NCBI GenBank assembly: GCA_029861425.1
Contig: JAOTZH010000003.1
Coordinates: 1-46,660, forward strand
Reading direction: 5' to 3'
Origin: Gemmatimonadota bacterium
Lineage (GTDB): Bacteria > Gemmatimonadota > Gemmatimonadetes > Palauibacterales > Palauibacteraceae
DNA: 46,660 nucleotides
Shown piece after piece: positions 37,323 to 46,660 of the stretch. The position numbers were made by a program, and so were the translations under genes. Numbering within the stretch: position 1 is the first letter of the stretch; each line of letters begins with the position of its first letter. The notes under the pieces were generated by a model. That model searched no databases and was not told the origin of the DNA. It saw nothing but the letters and a program-made list of their open reading frames with translations.

Positions 37323-38446
37323 CCCCAGACCCGTCCGTACACCCTCAACCAGTTCCCGCCGAGCACCTTGTCGAGTTCGTCTTCCGACCAGCCACGTCCA
37401 CGCAGCCCCTCGACGAGGTTCGGCAGCTTCGAGATGTTCTCGAAATCCTTCGTCAGCTGCGGGATGCCCTCCCCCAGGGCCTCTGAAGGGAAGGCGATCG
37501 AAACCGACGGGTCATGGTCGAAGACCTCGCCCCAGCCCCACACGAAATCGGGGCCCAGACCGATGTGGTCGATGCCGATCAGACGCTTCAGGTAGTCGTA
37601 CTGGTCGAGGTGATCGTCGAGCGTAGCCTGGGGGCTCCGGGGGCCGTGGCTCCGGTAGTTGTCGGGATTCCGCTTCTGGAAGTCCGAGATCGCGGTGATC
37701 CCGACGACCCCACCTGTGCCCGCCAACGCCTCGAACAACCGGTCGCTCACGGCCCGCGGGTTCGCGTTCAGCGCCGCGACGTTCGTGTGCGTGCACACCA
37801 CCGGGACGCCTGACGAGATCTCGATTGCGTCGAGACTCGTTCGTTCGGCCGTGTGGCCTCCGACATCCAGCAGCATCCCCAGACCGTGGATCTCCTCGAC
37901 CAACCTGTGCCCAGCCCGGGTGAGAGGGACGTCGTGGTCGAGGCAGCCTCCGCCGAAGATGTTCGTGAGGTTGTAGCAGATCGAATGAACGCGTAGCCCG
38001 AGTTCGTAGAACGCGCGCATCGTCGAGACCATCGGCGCGTAGGTGCCTGTCGGGCTCTTGTCCAACCGCTGTTCCAGCAGGTTTGCGGATTGGGTTCCCA
38101 GCACGAAGGAGATCCTGCCGTCGGCCTTCGCCCGCCAGATCTCGTCCACGGTTGTCGCCACGGTGGCCTCGTCGGCGTGGTCCTCCAGGAACGCATACAG
38201 GTCGCCGTACGAGGGGAAGTCGCCCATGCTCTTGTGCATGCAGTCGACGCCGCCCTGCCGCAGGAGACCGAGGAACTCGGCGTTCACGATCGACGTGTCG
38301 AGACCGTCCACGACGAGTCGCGTCTCCTGCCCCGCTCGGCCAGACTCATCGGCGGCGGTGCCGAGGAGCGACCGAGCCCCGATCGAGCCGAAGATGGGCG
38401 CCGCCCCGACCGCCGCCGTCCCCTTGAGGAAATCCCGTCGATCCAT
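37319..38446 (-). CDS. Tat-exported membrane dipeptidase (peptidase M19)
   Basis: DRRDFLK; YN..N.FG.G, LT..G..LV, THTN, R...D, GGVVG, GIDHIGLGPDF, K.LGGNWLRV. Confidence 0.87.
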   Translation of the reverse strand: MDRRDFLKGTAAVGAAPIFGSIGARSLLGTAADESGRAGQETRLVVDGLDTSIVNAEFLGLLRQGGVDCMHKSMGDFPSYGDLYAFLEDHADEATVATTVDEIWRAKADGRISFVLGTQSANLLEQRLDKSPTGTYAPMVSTMRAFYELGLRVHSICYNLTNIFGGGCLDHDVPLTRAGHRLVEEIHGLGMLLDVGGHTAERTSLDAIEISSGVPVVCTHTNVAALNANPRAVSDRLFEALAGTGGVVGITAISDFQKRNPDNYRSHGPRSPQATLDDHLDQYDYLKRLIGIDHIGLGPDFVWGWGEVFDHDPSVSIAFPSEALGEGIPQLTKDFENISKLPNLVEGLRGRGWSEDELDKVLGGNWLRVYGRVWG

Positions 38447-38570
38447 GCCTGCCTCCTCGTGCTGGCGTGCGTTCCGGTCCCCTCGCCGGGGTCAGGTTCC
38501 GAGTATAGGGTCACCGTAGCTCGGTCCGCAGGACCGACGCGGGAGTCCGCAGCCGAAGCGGGAGATGATC

Positions 38571-40232
38571 ATGGACCGTAGGAAGTTCGTCGGAAGCGTG
38601 GCCGCCGGGAGCGCCGCGGCGGTGTTGACCGGATGCGGGAGCGATTCGGGCTCTCCGGCAACGGTCGCGACCACAGTCCCGACCGGCGGCGGTTTCGTCG
38701 ATCCGGACCCCCTGGCCGACTTCCATGCCAGCGGTCGCACCGTCGCGGTCGCCACCACCGCGCGCGAGGCCACCGACGCCGCCTTCGACGTCCTCGAGCG
38801 CGGCGGCAATGCCGCCGATGCCTACATCGCCGCGGCGGTAACGCAGGCGGTGGTGGAGGTCGGGCTCGTCTCGATCGGCGGTGCGTTCGGGATGACCTTC
38901 TTCGATGCGGCGACCGGCCAGACGGCGAGCGCATCGGGCGGCTTGGGGCCCGCCGCCGCCGAGCCCTACGACTTCGACCGATTCGACGCGGCCACGCTTA
39001 CGGGCCGCGCCATGCCCATCCCCGGCTACATCGCCGGCGTCCATGCGGGGCACACCGAGTTCGGTCGGCTGGAGTGGGGTGGCCTCTTCGACGCCGCGAT
39101 CGGCTATGCGCGCGAGGGGGTCGCCGCGTCGGATGTCATCGTGTCCTCGGCCAGCCGGTCGCCGCGAGCGACCCGGTTTCCGGAAGGCCAGGCGATCTGG
39201 ATGCGCGGCGGGCGCTATCTGCGTGCTGGCGAGCGCCTCATCCAGTCCGACATCGGACGGACGCTGCAGGCCGTGGCCGAGGGCGGGCCGGAAGCGTTCT
39301 ACGAAGGCGAGTTCGCGAAGAGCTACGTAGCACGGGCGGGGTCAGATGGCGGTCTCCTCACTCTCGACGACATGTCGGGCTGGCGCGACCGACAACGCGT
39401 GCGACGTGGCGAGCCCGAAGGGGACTATCGGGGTCATCAGGTATGGGCGCCGACGGCCGGGCTGCTCACCTACGCGCTCCACCTGAGTGAGGCCGCGGAC
39501 CTGCGTGGATCGGGTCCCGCGGCGTCGAGCGCCGAGAGCGTGTACCGCCAGATGCGGATCATCGAGGAGGTCTTCCTCTCGACCACCGACTACGACGAGG
39601 ACACACACGCCCGGTTCGTCGATCCTGCATACGCGCGCGAGCGGGTGGACTTCGTAATCGAAAGCCCGATGCGCGACCTGAACCTGGACGCACTGTTCAA
39701 CACGAGTTTCATCGTGGTACGGGATGCGGACGGCAACTGCGCCTGGGGCACGCACTCGATCAATACGCCGACGGCGTTCGGCGCGGGCATCGTGGTCGAC
39801 GGTGTCTACGCGGCCCACGCGATCAGCCGCGCGCACGTGTACGGAAGCGGCGGCACGGCCAACGGGATCGGGACCAACTTCGCTCTGTTCCGGGATGGGA
39901 GACCCCGGGCGGTTTTCGGCTCGCCTGGGTTCGGGTTCGTCCACGGACCCTACCAGGCGGGGACGGCCGTGATGGAATGGGGCCTCGAGCCCATGGAGGC
40001 CGTAGCCGCGCCCCGGTTCGGCTTCCCGTCGGGGGCGACGTTCGGCCAGCCGTTCCTCGAGGGGCACTACGAGGAGTCGGTCTACGAGGGGCTCGAGGCG
40101 CGCGGGGTCCCGCACGTGAGGGCAAACGCCTCGGTGTCGACCGGGCTGGTCGGAGCCCTCGTCATCGACGAAGAAGGTGTCCTGCACGCGGCCCAGGATC
40201 CGCGCCGGGCCGGCTTCGCGCGGGCAGTGTGA
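38571..40232 (+). CDS. Tat lipoprotein, divergent gamma-glutamyltransferase family Ntn hydrolase
   Basis: DRRKF plus LTGC; GGNAADA.IAA, IGG, PG..AG, AI.YA..G, FY.G..A, Thr at NTSF, GSPG, DPRR.G. Confidence 0.85.
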   Translation: MDRRKFVGSVAAGSAAAVLTGCGSDSGSPATVATTVPTGGGFVDPDPLADFHASGRTVAVATTAREATDAAFDVLERGGNAADAYIAAAVTQAVVEVGLVSIGGAFGMTFFDAATGQTASASGGLGPAAAEPYDFDRFDAATLTGRAMPIPGYIAGVHAGHTEFGRLEWGGLFDAAIGYAREGVAASDVIVSSASRSPRATRFPEGQAIWMRGGRYLRAGERLIQSDIGRTLQAVAEGGPEAFYEGEFAKSYVARAGSDGGLLTLDDMSGWRDRQRVRRGEPEGDYRGHQVWAPTAGLLTYALHLSEAADLRGSGPAASSAESVYRQMRIIEEVFLSTTDYDEDTHARFVDPAYARERVDFVIESPMRDLNLDALFNTSFIVVRDADGNCAWGTHSINTPTAFGAGIVVDGVYAAHAISRAHVYGSGGTANGIGTNFALFRDGRPRAVFGSPGFGFVHGPYQAGTAVMEWGLEPMEAVAAPRFGFPSGATFGQPFLEGHYEESVYEGLEARGVPHVRANASVSTGLVGALVIDEEGVLHAAQDPRRAGFARAV

Positions 40233-40245
40233 GCGGGGCGTAAGG

Positions 40246-41223
40246 GTGCGACTCGACCTCGCGATCGTGGGCGCCGGCCCGTGCGCGCTCGCCGTGGGCG
40301 TTGCCGCGCGTGAAGTGGGACTGCGGGCGGCTCTCTTCGACCGGGGCTGTCTGGTTCAGTCGCTGGTCGACTATCCCACGTACATGACCTTCTTCAGCAC
40401 GCCGGAGCGACTCGAGATCGGCGGCGTCCCGTTCGTCGTGGCCGACGCCAAGCCGACTCGGCGAGAAGCGTTGTCCTACTACCGGGCCGTCGCCACCCGA
40501 CACGAGCTGGACGTTCGCGCCTACGAGGACGTGGTTCGCGTCGTACTCGAGAACGACGCCTTCCGCCTGGAGACTCGACCTCGCGGCGCCGCGCCGAGGG
40601 AGACCCTCGCCTCGGCGGTCGTCCTGGCCACGGGAGCGCTGGCTCATCCGAACCGACTCGGAGTCCCGGGCGAGGACTCGTCGAAGGTGCTGCACGCGTT
40701 TCGTGAAGCCCATCCGTACTGGCGTCAGGACGTGATCGTGGTGGGTGGCGGGAGCTCCGCGGTGGAAGCCGCGCTCGAGCTATACCGGGCGGGCGCGCAC
40801 GTCACGGTGGTCCACTTCGAGGACCAGTTCGACCGAGGCGTGAAGCCCTGGATCCTTCCCGACATCGTGAATCGGATCGACGACGGATCGATCGCCGTCC
40901 GCTGGCGGACCAGGGTCGAGGAAGTGCGTCCCGATGCGGTCGTTCTGCGGAGCGAGGATTCCGAAGAGGAGCTCGCAAACGACTGGGTGTTCGCGATGAC
41001 GGGCTGGCAGCCGGATCACGCGTTCCTGAGAGACGTCGGAGTCCGCTCGGACGCGGAGACGGGCATCCCGGAGCACGACCCCGAAACGTTCGAGACCAAC
41101 GTGCCGGGCGTGTTCGTGGCCGGGGTGCTGACCGCCGGGTTCGACGCAAACAAGGTGTTCATCGAGAACGGGCGAGACCATGGCGAAGCGATCGTCGCGG
41201 AGTTGACCCGCCGCCGCGCCTGA
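40246..41223 (+). CDS. ypdA: YpdA family putative bacillithiol disulfide reductase
   Basis: YP..MTFFST.E.LEIG, KPTR.EAL.YYR, H.F.EAHPY, VKPWI.PD, ETNVPG...AG, FIENGR.H. Confidence 0.88.
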   Translation: MRLDLAIVGAGPCALAVGVAAREVGLRAALFDRGCLVQSLVDYPTYMTFFSTPERLEIGGVPFVVADAKPTRREALSYYRAVATRHELDVRAYEDVVRVVLENDAFRLETRPRGAAPRETLASAVVLATGALAHPNRLGVPGEDSSKVLHAFREAHPYWRQDVIVVGGGSSAVEAALELYRAGAHVTVVHFEDQFDRGVKPWILPDIVNRIDDGSIAVRWRTRVEEVRPDAVVLRSEDSEEELANDWVFAMTGWQPDHAFLRDVGVRSDAETGIPEHDPETFETNVPGVFVAGVLTAGFDANKVFIENGRDHGEAIVAELTRRRA

Positions 41224-41312
41224 CTCACTCGGGAACCCCCCGTCCCCCTCCGGGTTCGAACCGCAGCAGGGTTCTCTTCGACATCGAGTGAGATGGGGGC
41301 AATTTGATCAGG

Positions 41313-42008
41313 ATGATTCGGAAGCGGCCGCGGCGCCGGAATCCACGGACGGGTTGGCTAATCGCCTTTCCGGTGGCGTTCGGCATGGCATGCGGGTCGG
41401 CCGAGCCTACGGGGCCGGGCGACCCGGGTACCCCGGCGACGGCGACCTACCGCGTGACCTTCGAGGCCGCATGGAGCGCCGGCACGCACCCCACGTCGTT
41501 TCCCCCGAACGCTCACTTCTCCGGCCTGATCGGCGGGACACACAGCGATGCCGCGGTGCTGTGGGCTCCTGGCGGGCTCGCATCCGCGGGCATCAAGAAC
41601 ATGGCCGAGACCGGCAGCAAGACCGCCTTGACCGACGAAGTGAGCGCGGCGATCCAGGCTGGAGCCGCTGGAAGCCTGCTGTCGGGCAGTGGCGTGAACC
41701 CGGCCCCGGGCACGGTCAGCCTGACGTTCGAGGCGCACGAGGACTTCCCGCTCGTCTCGTTGGTATCCATGATCGCGCCGAGTCCCGACTGGTTCGTCGG
41801 GGTCCACGGGCTGGATCTCATGCAGAGCGGTGAGTGGGTCGAGTCGGTCACCGTGGAACTACTTCCGTACGATGCCGGGACCGACAGCGGGACGATCTAT
41901 ACGTCGCCGAACTCCGTGACGACGCCTCCGGCCACGATCCAGCGGCTGACCGGCAGTCCGTTCGACATGAACGTCCCGCTCGGCACCTTCACCTTCGTCC
42001 GCCAGTGA
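41313..42008 (+). CDS. Spondin_N domain lipoprotein
   Basis: Lipobox GMAC; ATY.VTF...W, HFS...G..H, MAE.G, SMIAPSPDWFVG, YDAGTDSG. Confidence 0.88.
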   Translation: MIRKRPRRRNPRTGWLIAFPVAFGMACGSAEPTGPGDPGTPATATYRVTFEAAWSAGTHPTSFPPNAHFSGLIGGTHSDAAVLWAPGGLASAGIKNMAETGSKTALTDEVSAAIQAGAAGSLLSGSGVNPAPGTVSLTFEAHEDFPLVSLVSMIAPSPDWFVGVHGLDLMQSGEWVESVTVELLPYDAGTDSGTIYTSPNSVTTPPATIQRLTGSPFDMNVPLGTFTFVRQ

Positions 42009-42030
42009 GTCGACCCCGGGCGAGCTGCGG

Positions 42031-43197
42031 CTACACGGCCAGCAGATCCCGGATTCGGACCCGGTCCCCCGGGAGACCTCCCCCCAGCTCGTGGAGCTGA
42101 AGCCCGCCTCCGCCCTTCGAAACATGTCTGAGCTTGCCGAAGAAGTGGGCCGGTCTCAGGCACTCGGGCGCATAGATCCCCGGGCCCTCGAACGGGCGTT
42201 CCCCCATGAGAAGCACACCCGCCGCGGCCGGGACGCCCGTCGCCTCGTCCATCGGCATCTCCGAGCCCGCGGCGAATCGGTATCCGTCGCCGTCGATCGT
42301 CACGTCGATCTGCATCCCCGAGCCGAAGCGTTGCCCCTCACCGACGATCTCCCGCTGGATCCGCTGGAACTTCGAGAAGATGTCCTCCGGCATGGCGTGG
42401 CCGTGCACGGCGTCCGCTTCGCGGGCGAACTCCCAGTACGGCCGTAACACCTCTTCCGGCGCGAGTCCCCCGTGATTCGTGACACGCGGGACCCCGAGAA
42501 ACCGGGGGATCGTCAGCGGTTCGGGATGTCCATGCAATATGACGAGTTGTCGGCCCACCGGGTCGGGGAAGTCGACCATCTTCGGGTCCAGCTCATCCCA
42601 TGGCGGCACGCCCTGCGAGCCCGGCACGGCAGTCGCGAGACAGTGGATCGCATGGATCAGGGCCGCACGGGTCATGTCACCGACGTCGACGATCCATGCC
42701 AGGCGTACCTCGGCCGCCGCGGGGTCCCCGAGCGCATCGAGTGCCGCGCGGATCAGGATGTTCGTCGTGCCAGGTGACGACCCCATGCCGAGGAGGGCAT
42801 GGATGCCCGCTGCTTCCACCCGGTCAGACAGGGCGAGGGCATCCTCGGTCGCGTCGACGTCGTCGCAGATGTCGAGGTAGTCGGCCCCGATCTCCATCGC
42901 CCGCTCCAGCGGCGCGGTCCCCAGGACGTAAAACGGTCCTGCCATGTTGACGAGGAGCCCGATGTCGCCGGCTCGAGCGTCCAGCAGAGAGCGGTCGGCC
43001 CCGAGCACGTCCGCCGTCACTGTTTCGATGCCGAGAGCCGCGTACTCGGACTCGACCTCGGGATCCCAACGGAGATCGATCGCGAGAAGACCTGCCAGGT
43101 CGCCGGCTCGCCCGAGCGCGCGAATCATCCCGCGTGCCTGACTCCCGGCGGCCCCGAGGACCGCGATCGACGATGCATCCACCTGGTGCTCCTTCAC
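42031..43197 (-). CDS. Saccharopine dehydrogenase-like NADP-binding oxidoreductase
   Basis: LGAAGSQA, VNMAGPFY..G, YLDICDD, GMG.SPG.TN, GHPEPLT.PR, G..APE. Confidence 0.85.
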   Translation of the reverse strand: MKEHQVDASSIAVLGAAGSQARGMIRALGRAGDLAGLLAIDLRWDPEVESEYAALGIETVTADVLGADRSLLDARAGDIGLLVNMAGPFYVLGTAPLERAMEIGADYLDICDDVDATEDALALSDRVEAAGIHALLGMGSSPGTTNILIRAALDALGDPAAAEVRLAWIVDVGDMTRAALIHAIHCLATAVPGSQGVPPWDELDPKMVDFPDPVGRQLVILHGHPEPLTIPRFLGVPRVTNHGGLAPEEVLRPYWEFAREADAVHGHAMPEDIFSKFQRIQREIVGEGQRFGSGMQIDVTIDGDGYRFAAGSEMPMDEATGVPAAAGVLLMGERPFEGPGIYAPECLRPAHFFGKLRHVSKGGGGLQLHELGGGLPGDRVRIRDLLAV

Positions 43198-43298
43198 TCC
43201 ATGACGTCGGTGCGAGGGAATGCCGGCGTTGCCGCGGCCGACCCAGAGCTTCTAGGGTATGTGCCTGGAGCCCTCCCGACGACACAGGTCATGGACCG

Positions 43299-44054
43299 AT
43301 GCCGAAACCCGCGCTGCTCGCCATCACGCCCGACAACGTCGACGAGTTCGGGATCCACTGCGTCGCGGACAGGAAGCACCCCGGCCGGGCTCTCAAGATC
43401 GCGTGGTTCAAGCAGGAATACGCGAACGGGCTTCGCATCGCGTTGCTTGTCGATGAGAACGGCAAGTCGATCGGCTTCATCGAATACGCTCCCGGCGAGC
43501 ACGCGTGGCGGGCGGTCGAGGCTCCAACCTACCTGGTGATTCACTGTCTCTGGGTCAAAGCGGCCGGCTCCGGGTTGGGGTCCCGGTTGATCGCCTACGT
43601 GGTGGCGGAAGCGAAGAGCCAGGGGAGGGACGGGGTCGCGGTGGTCGCGAGCAGCGGGACCTGGTGCACGGATTCGCGCATCTACGAGAAGACCGGTTTC
43701 GAGATCGTCGAGACCTGGGGCGAGACGTTCATGCTGTGCGTCAAGCCTGTCGTTTCCGGCGCCGCGAGCCCGACGTTCGCGGACTGTCCGGCTCCGCCCT
43801 CGACCGGGAGGCTCGAATTCAGGTACTCGGGCCAGTGTCCCTACGTGGCCAGGTGCGTCGACGAGCTTCCAGCCGAAGCCTCGGCCAGGGGGGTCGATCT
43901 CGAGGTCACGGAGATCGCTACAGCCGCCGAGGCTCGCGCGTCCCCGACTCCCTACGGCGTGACGTCACTGGCGCTCGGAGAGAAGGTGCTGGTCGATCAC
44001 GCGATCAGCCGCACCCGCTTCCGGAACATCCTCCGGCAGGAGGGGCTGCCCTAG
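43299..44054 (+). CDS. GNAT family acetyltransferase with YoaP-like C-terminal domain
   Basis: K..W, GFIEY.P.E.AW, I.CLWV, G.G..L, Y..QCPY, A...PTPY. Confidence 0.85.
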   Translation: MPKPALLAITPDNVDEFGIHCVADRKHPGRALKIAWFKQEYANGLRIALLVDENGKSIGFIEYAPGEHAWRAVEAPTYLVIHCLWVKAAGSGLGSRLIAYVVAEAKSQGRDGVAVVASSGTWCTDSRIYEKTGFEIVETWGETFMLCVKPVVSGAASPTFADCPAPPSTGRLEFRYSGQCPYVARCVDELPAEASARGVDLEVTEIATAAEARASPTPYGVTSLALGEKVLVDHAISRTRFRNILRQEGLP

Positions 44055-44094
44055 GAGCGTCGGGCGGTGGCGGACCGCCGAACGCCCGCGTGGT

Positions 44095-44595
44095 TCAGGC
44101 GTCGCTTCGCAGGGTCTCCCGCAGGTGCACTGCCACATCGGTCACGAATCGGTGCACCGACGCGTCCGCGATGCGGCGGCCGATGATCGCTTCGACCGCC
44201 GTGCCCAGCGGGCCGAGCGGGGTCTCGTAGGTCCCCTCGAAATCGAGCTGCGTCTCCTTCGCCGTCAGCGCGTAGACAGACAGGACGCCGGTCATTTCGG
44301 GGAACAGCCGCGGGTTCTTCGCCGCCTTCCAATCGAGTCTGATCCGGGTCCTCTCGCCGGACGCCCCTGAGCCCGGCTCGAGGTCGATCTCGCTCACGTT
44401 CAGGGAGATCTCGGTCCCGACCTCGAACCCGCCGATATTCACGTGGAGCAGGGAGGCCACCGCGTGAGCTCGCGAGGCGGCCGCACGCGTCCCCTGCTGG
44501 AGCACCCGTTCGGTGTCGTCACGCAGCGCCTCCCGCACGCGCTCGTAGGGGTGGTTGACGTAGTCGAAGGCACGGATATCGTGGCGGCTACTCAT
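44095..44595 (-). CDS. Hypothetical protein (possible SRPBCC/START-like fold)
   Basis: GAGG RBS; W.....LFP...G.L, L...G.Y..PLG..G.......A..SV..F..DV pattern. Confidence 0.65.
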   Translation of the reverse strand: MSSRHDIRAFDYVNHPYERVREALRDDTERVLQQGTRAAASRAHAVASLLHVNIGGFEVGTEISLNVSEIDLEPGSGASGERTRIRLDWKAAKNPRLFPEMTGVLSVYALTAKETQLDFEGTYETPLGPLGTAVEAIIGRRIADASVHRFVTDVAVHLRETLRSDA

Positions 44596-44610
44596 CAGGT
44601 TCCTCTCCGT

Positions 44611-45114
44611 TCATTCGATTCCGAGCTCCCGGCGGCCCGTCGTTTCGGGCCGACAATGCGGGTGACGCTCGACCATCCTGACGCACGTGTTCCAGCGCAG
44701 GATCGCGTCGTCGTCCCCCGGCGCCCGCTCTTCGATCGCGCGCCCGTAATGCTCGAGCGCCCGCTCGAACCAATGGTACGCAGCCACGCCCGATTTGCGT
44801 GCCCGGTGCTTGAGCAGCGCCTTGGCCTGACGCTCGCACGCGAGACCGGCGTAGTAGGCCCGTTGGTACGTGCCCTCGAGCCGCGGGAGCACCTCCTTGG
44901 CCCGATCGAGCGCGTGGCTGTCCCGCTCGAACTGCTCGGTCTGTGCCAGGAGAAGCTGAACGAGCGCACCCTGATTGTCCGCGTCGACCTCCAGGATGTC
45001 GACGCAGACGCTCTCCGCCACCTCGGGCTCGTTCAGGAGACGGTATTGCTTCGCTTGCTCGAGGGCCCTCGGGATGGCTTCGAGAGACAGGGCCTTCAGT
45101 TCACTCATCGTCAT
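44611..45114 (-). CDS. Hypothetical TPR-like helical protein
   Basis: AL..A..YRLLNEP..AES.C.D.L, YY.G..CER, A..WF..A...Y..A, DA.LRWN.C.R; follows sdhB. Confidence 0.7.
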   Translation of the reverse strand: MTMSELKALSLEAIPRALEQAKQYRLLNEPEVAESVCVDILEVDADNQGALVQLLLAQTEQFERDSHALDRAKEVLPRLEGTYQRAYYAGLACERQAKALLKHRARKSGVAAYHWFERALEHYGRAIEERAPGDDDAILRWNTCVRMVERHPHCRPETTGRRELGIE

Positions 45115-45133
45115 GCCTCATGTTCGGGTGCGG

Positions 45134-45916
45134 CTACTGCGGCACCATCTTCCCTCGCCGGTCGATCGGCTCGCGAAGCACGGCCCGGGTGTAGTCCCGG
45201 TTCATGCGGCCGATGAAATCGATGCTGATCCCCTTGGGACACTGCGCCTCGCACTCGGCGTAGTTCCGACAGGAACCGAACCCCTCTTCCTCCATCTGCG
45301 CGACCATGCGCTCGACCCGCTCCCACCGCTCAGGCTGGCCCTGAGGCAGCAAACCCAGGTGCGAGACCTTGGCGGACGTAAAGAGCATCGCAGACGCGTT
45401 CGGACAGGCCGCGACGCAGGCGCCACACCCGATGCACGAGGCGGCATCGAGTGCCTGCTCGGCGATGTCGGGCTCGATCGGGATGGAGTTCGGATCGGGT
45501 TTCGGGCCCGAGTGAACGCTGATGTAGCCGCCCGCCTGGATGATCCGGTCGAATGCGCCGCGATCCACGACGAGGTCGCGTACGAGCGGGAAGGCGGCGG
45601 CCCTGAACGGCTCGATCGTGATCACGTCACCGTCCTCGAAATGGCGCATGTAGAGCTGACAGGTCGCGGTCCTGCCGAGTGGGCCGTGCGGCTGCCCGTC
45701 GATCACGAGCGAGCACGTGCCGCAGACCCCTTCGCGGCAGTCGGAGTCGAACGCGACCGGCTCTTCGCCAGAGGCGATCAACTTCTCGTTGAGGGCGTCC
45801 AGCATCTCCAGGAAGGACGTCTCGTCGGTGATTTCCTCGACGGAGTACTCCACGAACCGCCCGGAGTCGTCCGGCCCTTCCTGCCGCCAGATCCTGAGAT
45901 TCAGACTCTTGGTCAC
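45134..45916 (-). CDS. sdhB: Succinate dehydrogenase/fumarate reductase iron-sulfur subunit
   Basis: [34 protein letters not shown]...CPK. Confidence 0.95.
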   Translation of the reverse strand: MTKSLNLRIWRQEGPDDSGRFVEYSVEEITDETSFLEMLDALNEKLIASGEEPVAFDSDCREGVCGTCSLVIDGQPHGPLGRTATCQLYMRHFEDGDVITIEPFRAAAFPLVRDLVVDRGAFDRIIQAGGYISVHSGPKPDPNSIPIEPDIAEQALDAASCIGCGACVAACPNASAMLFTSAKVSHLGLLPQGQPERWERVERMVAQMEEEGFGSCRNYAECEAQCPKGISIDFIGRMNRDYTRAVLREPIDRRGKMVPQ

Positions 45917-46660
45917 CGGTCGTAACTGCGCATCGAAAGTGGAAGGGCTTCGAACGTCAGCTGCTCCCGGTGCATCTTGGGAGCGGCATCCGGCCCCCGG
46001 TACTCCCAGACCGACGCGTGGGCGAACCTTTCGTCGTCCCTCAGCGCCTCGCCGTCTTCGGTCTTGTACTCCTCGCGGAAGTGACCGCCGCAGGACTCCT
46101 CGCGCTGGAGTGCGTCCCGACACATCACCTCGGAGAACTCGAGGAAATCGGCCAGCCGGCCGGCGTGTTCGAGCGCCTGATTGAGCTGCTCGCCTTTGCC
46201 CGGGACCCTGAGATTCGTCCAGAACTCCTGCCGAAGCTCCGGAATCCGCTTCAGCGCCCTGTTCAAGCCCTCCGCGTCACGTGACATCCCGCACTCGTCC
46301 CACATGATGCCCCCCAGCTCGCGGTGGATGGACTCCGATGTTCGGGTCCCATCGATGGAGAGCAGGCGATCGACGCCGGCGCGCGTTTCGCCGAGAGCTT
46401 CCTCGAAGGTCGGGTGGGTCTCGTCGATGTCCCCGTACGGGTGGCGGCTCAGGTGGTCGGCGATCGTGATCGGAAGGATGAAGTATCCGTCCGCCAGACA
46501 CTGCATGAGCGCGCTGGCTCCGAGACGGTTCGCCCCATGATCGGAGAAATTGGCCTCTCCGATCGCATACAGCCCGGGAAGGGTCGTCATCAAATTATAA
46601 TCGACCCAGAGCCCGCCCATGCTGTAGTGGGGTGCCGGGTAGATCCGCATCGGGCTGTCC
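45913..46660 (-). CDS. sdhA: Succinate dehydrogenase/fumarate reductase flavoprotein subunit (3' part; truncated by window edge)
   Basis: [34 protein letters not shown]. Confidence 0.95.
   Translation of the reverse strand, partial: DSPMRIYPAPHYSMGGLWVDYNLMTTLPGLYAIGEANFSDHGANRLGASALMQCLADGYFILPITIADHLSRHPYGDIDETHPTFEEALGETRAGVDRLLSIDGTRTSESIHRELGGIMWDECGMSRDAEGLNRALKRIPELRQEFWTNLRVPGKGEQLNQALEHAGRLADFLEFSEVMCRDALQREESCGGHFREEYKTEDGEALRDDERFAHASVWEYRGPDAAPKMHREQLTFEALPLSMRSYDR

Noticed and set aside
41252-41262. GGGTTCGAACC, possible tRNA fragment or att site
   Set aside because: No cloverleaf context, no CCA end and no integrase nearby
1-46660. CRISPR arrays, transposases, integrases, prophage or defence genes, rRNA/tRNA
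   Set aside because: None recognisable by eye; no regularly spaced repeats or relevant protein motifs

Overview
High-GC bacterial chromosomal window with about 42 densely packed genes and no rRNA, tRNA, CRISPR array or recognisable mobile element. The gene content (6-bladed beta-propeller lipoprotein, many exported amidohydrolases and peptidases, YpdA, Tat-exported Gfo/Idh/MocA plus DUF1080) resembles Gemmatimonadota; this is inference only. Most of the window is ordinary heterotrophic metabolism: mmsA/iolA, xylA-xylB, S46/M1/M19/M20 peptidases, CocE, GGT, a K+ channel, an OsmC-flavoprotein cluster and sdhA(partial)-sdhB. The most unusual part is the first 4.7 kb, a mirror-ordered cassette (A1-LuxR1-LuxR2-A2). 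It has two paralogous unknown helical proteins (45/115 identical, ungapped manual alignment) around two stand-alone LuxR-type HTH proteins (41/75 identical). A2 overlaps the start of a membrane GGDEF/degenerate-EAL protein, and the intergenic regions share repeated DNA motifs. Other notable items are a Tat-signal HD-domain diiron-oxygenase-like gene between iolA/mmsA and xylAB, a GNAT-cNMP plus M20 hydrolase pair, a divergent Tat dipeptidase/GGT pair, and a start-less gene remnant missed by the ORF track. All family assignments come from motif recognition by eye; no searches were run.
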